Positions 61,438 to 64,000 of a stretch of DNA of 64,000 nucleotides are shown here, piece after piece. Location: NCBI GenBank assembly GCA_002471195.1, contig DKPN01000067.1:46126-110125 (forward strand), given 5' to 3'. The stretch is from Bacteroides sp. UBA7333 (lineage in GTDB: Bacteria > Bacteroidota > Bacteroidia > Bacteroidales > Bacteroidaceae). A model generated the notes under the pieces. That model did no database searches and had not been told where the DNA came from. It saw only the letters and a list, made by a program, of their open reading frames with translations. Numbering within the stretch: position 1 is the stretch's first letter; each line of letters begins with the position of its first letter. The translations under genes were made by a program, and so were the position numbers.

Positions 61438-61467
61438 CAAATGTAATGAATATCTTTTAATAACAAA
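61438..61467 (-). promoter_or_regulatory. Promoter of the Phe/Tyr operon
   Basis: Minus strand TTTG (61464-61467), an 18-nt gap, then TACATTTG (61438-61445). Confidence 0.7.
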
Positions 61468-61584
61468 TAAAAACTTACTTTTTTTCGTCATTTCGTATAA
61501 AAGTCTATCATTTTTCATCCTAATTCATGCCGTTGTTAACACCTATACGAATGCGTTAACTATGTTTATACAACTATGTAGCAG

Positions 61585-62538
61585 TTAAATTTGCCATATG
61601 TCTTTAGGCCCTTCCGACTGTTGATTATTGAAAACTCCATTTAGGCTTTCGCCATCTTTAGGTTGTAACTCTAATGCTTTTTGTACATCGGCAATCGATC
61701 CTTCTTTATCATCAATCATCAGTTTAGCACGTCCGCGCTCTTGATATGCTTTCACGAAATTGGGATTTAATTCAATTGCTTCATCTAAAAGTTCAATTGC
61801 CTCAGTGGCTTTATTCAAGTGAATAAAAAGAAGCCCTAATTGCAAAAATGCCTGTTCGTTGAAAGGGTTGAGTGCTATTACCTTATGATATGCTGCCTCG
61901 GCCTCTTCTGTTTTATCTTCGGCCTCTTTTAACCTTCCATTTAAAAGTAACGCAGCTTCATCTTCGGGCTCCTCATCTAAAATATGGTTTATATCGGTTG
62001 CCGCTTCTGTGAGTTGATGCATGTTAAGCAAAATCTCTGCACGCAATAAAAGTGCATCTACATAAGCATGGTTGAGCATAATCGCTTTTGTTAGATGCCC
62101 GATGGCCATGATATCATTTTTTTGTTCGTGCATGCTTTTTCCCCACAGATAAAATGCCATTGCATTATCGGGTGCTATCTCGGTTGCTTTTTGCGCTGCT
62201 CTCTCCATTGCCGCATATTCGCTCTGCATAAAACATACGTGTGCCAATGTAAGATAGGTATCAAGGAATGTTGGCTCTACATGAATCATCCGATTTAATA
62301 TTTCATGGGCCTTTTCCATTTGATGCGTTTGAATATAAAGATCACTTAAATATTTCATGGTTTCGAAATCTTCTTCTAACTGAAGTGCTTCGATAAAGCA
62401 GGTTGCAGCGTAAGTTGCATTTCCCATTCTAAGTGCTCTTAATCCATCGTATTTGAGTATCTCAAAGTTCTTTTGATCATTTTTTTGTTGATCTTCTTCG
62501 GCTTTACCGCCAAAAAGTGATTTAAAGAAATTTGCCAT
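61585..62538 (-). CDS. Tetratricopeptide repeat protein
   Basis: Repeated TPR units (A...P.N..A). The MANFFKSLF start is supported by promoter TACATTTG at 62572-62579 (-). Confidence 0.88.
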   Translation of the reverse strand: MANFFKSLFGGKAEEDQQKNDQKNFEILKYDGLRALRMGNATYAATCFIEALQLEEDFETMKYLSDLYIQTHQMEKAHEILNRMIHVEPTFLDTYLTLAHVCFMQSEYAAMERAAQKATEIAPDNAMAFYLWGKSMHEQKNDIMAIGHLTKAIMLNHAYVDALLLRAEILLNMHQLTEAATDINHILDEEPEDEAALLLNGRLKEAEDKTEEAEAAYHKVIALNPFNEQAFLQLGLLFIHLNKATEAIELLDEAIELNPNFVKAYQERGRAKLMIDDKEGSIADVQKALELQPKDGESLNGVFNNQQSEGPKDIWQI

Positions 62539-62593
62539 AGTGCAATCGTCTAATTTAAAGTGTTTAATATACAAATGTATATAAAATGTTGAT

Positions 62594-64000
62594 TTATGAC
62601 AATGTTATTTGACAAAAGCCATCTATCATACTGATTTCTTCTTGGTCCAACAGATAATTTAATGTGTTGGTAACCGCTTCTTTATCTGCATTTATCAAAT
62701 CGACAATTTGTGCTGCTGTATATTTCTTGTGTTTTAAAAGTGTCAAAATTTCTTCTTTTAATTCATCATAATTGGGCGTTGAAAGTGATAATCTTTTTTT
62801 CTTAGCTATACATATATCGCATTGACCGCAGTTGTGTTCATTTTTTTCGCCGAAATAACGTAATAAAATACGGCTTCTGCACGCATCTTCGGATGTTGCA
62901 TATCCTATCATGGCCGCTATGCGATTTTCATATCTCTCTTTACGATCTTCATATACGCTTTGAGGAATATTTATTCGGTCATGATCTACTCTTTCGCGCG
63001 TATATATGATATAAGGAGTTTTTCGCTGTGGAATGTAATCGATGATATTTCTTTTCGATAAAGAAACCAAAGTCTGATAAATTTGGTTGCGATTTAAACC
63101 TGTACGAAGTGCTATCGACTCTTCGCTGATATATGTATACTCGGTAAACAGCCCTGTATATGATCGTAGTATGTATTGAAGCAGTAATTCAGTCTCTTGG
63201 CTTTCTTCTTTTATTCGATATAACTCATCGCGACGCAATAGAAATATAATTCTTGAAGCATTGTCTTGCTCATCGGTATATTCTATGTAGCCTGCTTGTG
63301 TCAGCAGTTTTAGTGCATTATGCGCTTGAACCGGAAAATGCTTAAATGTGCGGCAAAACTCTTCTAAGTTAAACACCTTGATACAACCCAATCCATCGCC
63401 CATGGCCATTTGATAATAATATTGCAAATGTTCATACACGGTTTTAATATACTCTTTGTCGGGAAACGTATCGGGAATGCGCTTGTTGAGTGTGGTTTTA
63501 TCGGCCGAAGAGTATAAAATTACTGCATAAGCTTTATTTCCATCCCGTCCGGCTCTGCCGGCTTCTTGAAAATAAGCTTCGGGTGAATCGGGTAAGTCGA
63601 TATGAATCACTACTCGTACATCGGGTTTATCGATACCCATCCCAAAAGCATTGGTAGCTACCATTACTCTACATTCATCTTGTTGCCACTGTTTTTGGCG
63701 CAAATCTTTCACGTCATTATTTAGGCCTGCATGATAAAAGTTTGCGGTTATACCTTCGTCTACAATATAATCGGTTATTTCTTTTGCTCTTCTTCGGCTT
63801 CTTACATAAACAATAGCACTGCCGTTGATGCGTTGAAGTATATGGATAAGCTCTTTGTGCTTATCGTCGGTGGTGCGAACAATATAGGCAAGGTTTTTTC
63901 GCTCAAAACTCATGCGGAATACATTCTCTTCTTTAAATTCGAGACGCTTTTGTATATCAACTACCACCTCAGGTGTAGCTGTAGCTGTTAAGGCTAAAAC
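62594..64000 (-). CDS. recQ: RecQ-family ATP-dependent DNA helicase (5' part outside window)
   Basis: Frame open to the window edge (VLALTATAT motif III), YHAGL, ATNAFGMGIDKPDVR, QEAGRAGRDG, Zn motif CRSR..CGQCDIC. Confidence 0.93.
   Translation of the reverse strand, partial: VLALTATATPEVVVDIQKRLEFKEENVFRMSFERKNLAYIVRTTDDKHKELIHILQRINGSAIVYVRSRRRAKEITDYIVDEGITANFYHAGLNNDVKDLRQKQWQQDECRVMVATNAFGMGIDKPDVRVVIHIDLPDSPEAYFQEAGRAGRDGNKAYAVILYSSADKTTLNKRIPDTFPDKEYIKTVYEHLQYYYQMAMGDGLGCIKVFNLEEFCRTFKHFPVQAHNALKLLTQAGYIEYTDEQDNASRIIFLLRRDELYRIKEESQETELLLQYILRSYTGLFTEYTYISEESIALRTGLNRNQIYQTLVSLSKRNIIDYIPQRKTPYIIYTRERVDHDRINIPQSVYEDRKERYENRIAAMIGYATSEDACRSRILLRYFGEKNEHNCGQCDICIAKKKRLSLSTPNYDELKEEILTLLKHKKYTAAQIVDLINADKEAVTNTLNYLLDQEEISMIDGFCQITLS

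Noticed and set aside
7531-62574. Longer N-terminal starts given by the ORF track for rpsN, rplF, the MutS-like gene, hutH, the P-II-like gene, the fucosidase and the TPR gene
   Set aside because: They overlap upstream genes, hairpins or promoter elements. Downstream ATGs fit family N-termini better.

Overview
A roughly 37% GC chromosomal window from a Bacteroidales bacterium, probably Bacteroidaceae. The assignment rests on TAnnTTTG promoters, fusA followed directly by rpsJ with no tuf, and Bacteroides-type gene content. Layout: 1-16 kb holds the 3' end of fusA and the complete S10-spc-alpha ribosomal protein supercluster. Next come a membrane-anchored MutS-domain gene, a THF-dependent histidine utilization operon (hutU-ftcD-hutI-cyclodeaminase-hutH), and a ROK-regulated sialic acid locus (nanA, AGE epimerase, sialidase, O-acetylesterase, MFS, YhcH, creatininase-like). 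These are followed by a TetR/TolC/RND efflux operon with a P-II-like partner, a K-channel-like gene, tRNA-Phe, assorted metabolic and outer-membrane genes, yhhQ-queC, fumarate hydratase, a GH29 fucosidase, rsgA, frr, a Phe/Tyr biosynthesis operon, a TPR gene and the 3' part of recQ. I see no mobile element, prophage, Cas gene or defence system. The best non-obvious signals are non-coding or tiny: (1) an unannotated 26-aa Phe/Tyr-rich leader peptide with a complete terminator/antiterminator ahead of pheA; (2) four 12-bp palindromic repeats with unique 11-bp spacers at an exact 23-bp period inside the hut operon; (3) a preQ1-I-like riboswitch ahead of yhhQ-queC; (4) candidate ribosomal-protein leader RNAs before rpsH, rpsD and rpsJ; (5) a creatininase-family amidohydrolase coupled to the sialic acid operon; and (6) two unexplained small proteins. 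All family assignments are from motif recognition by eye; no searches were run.
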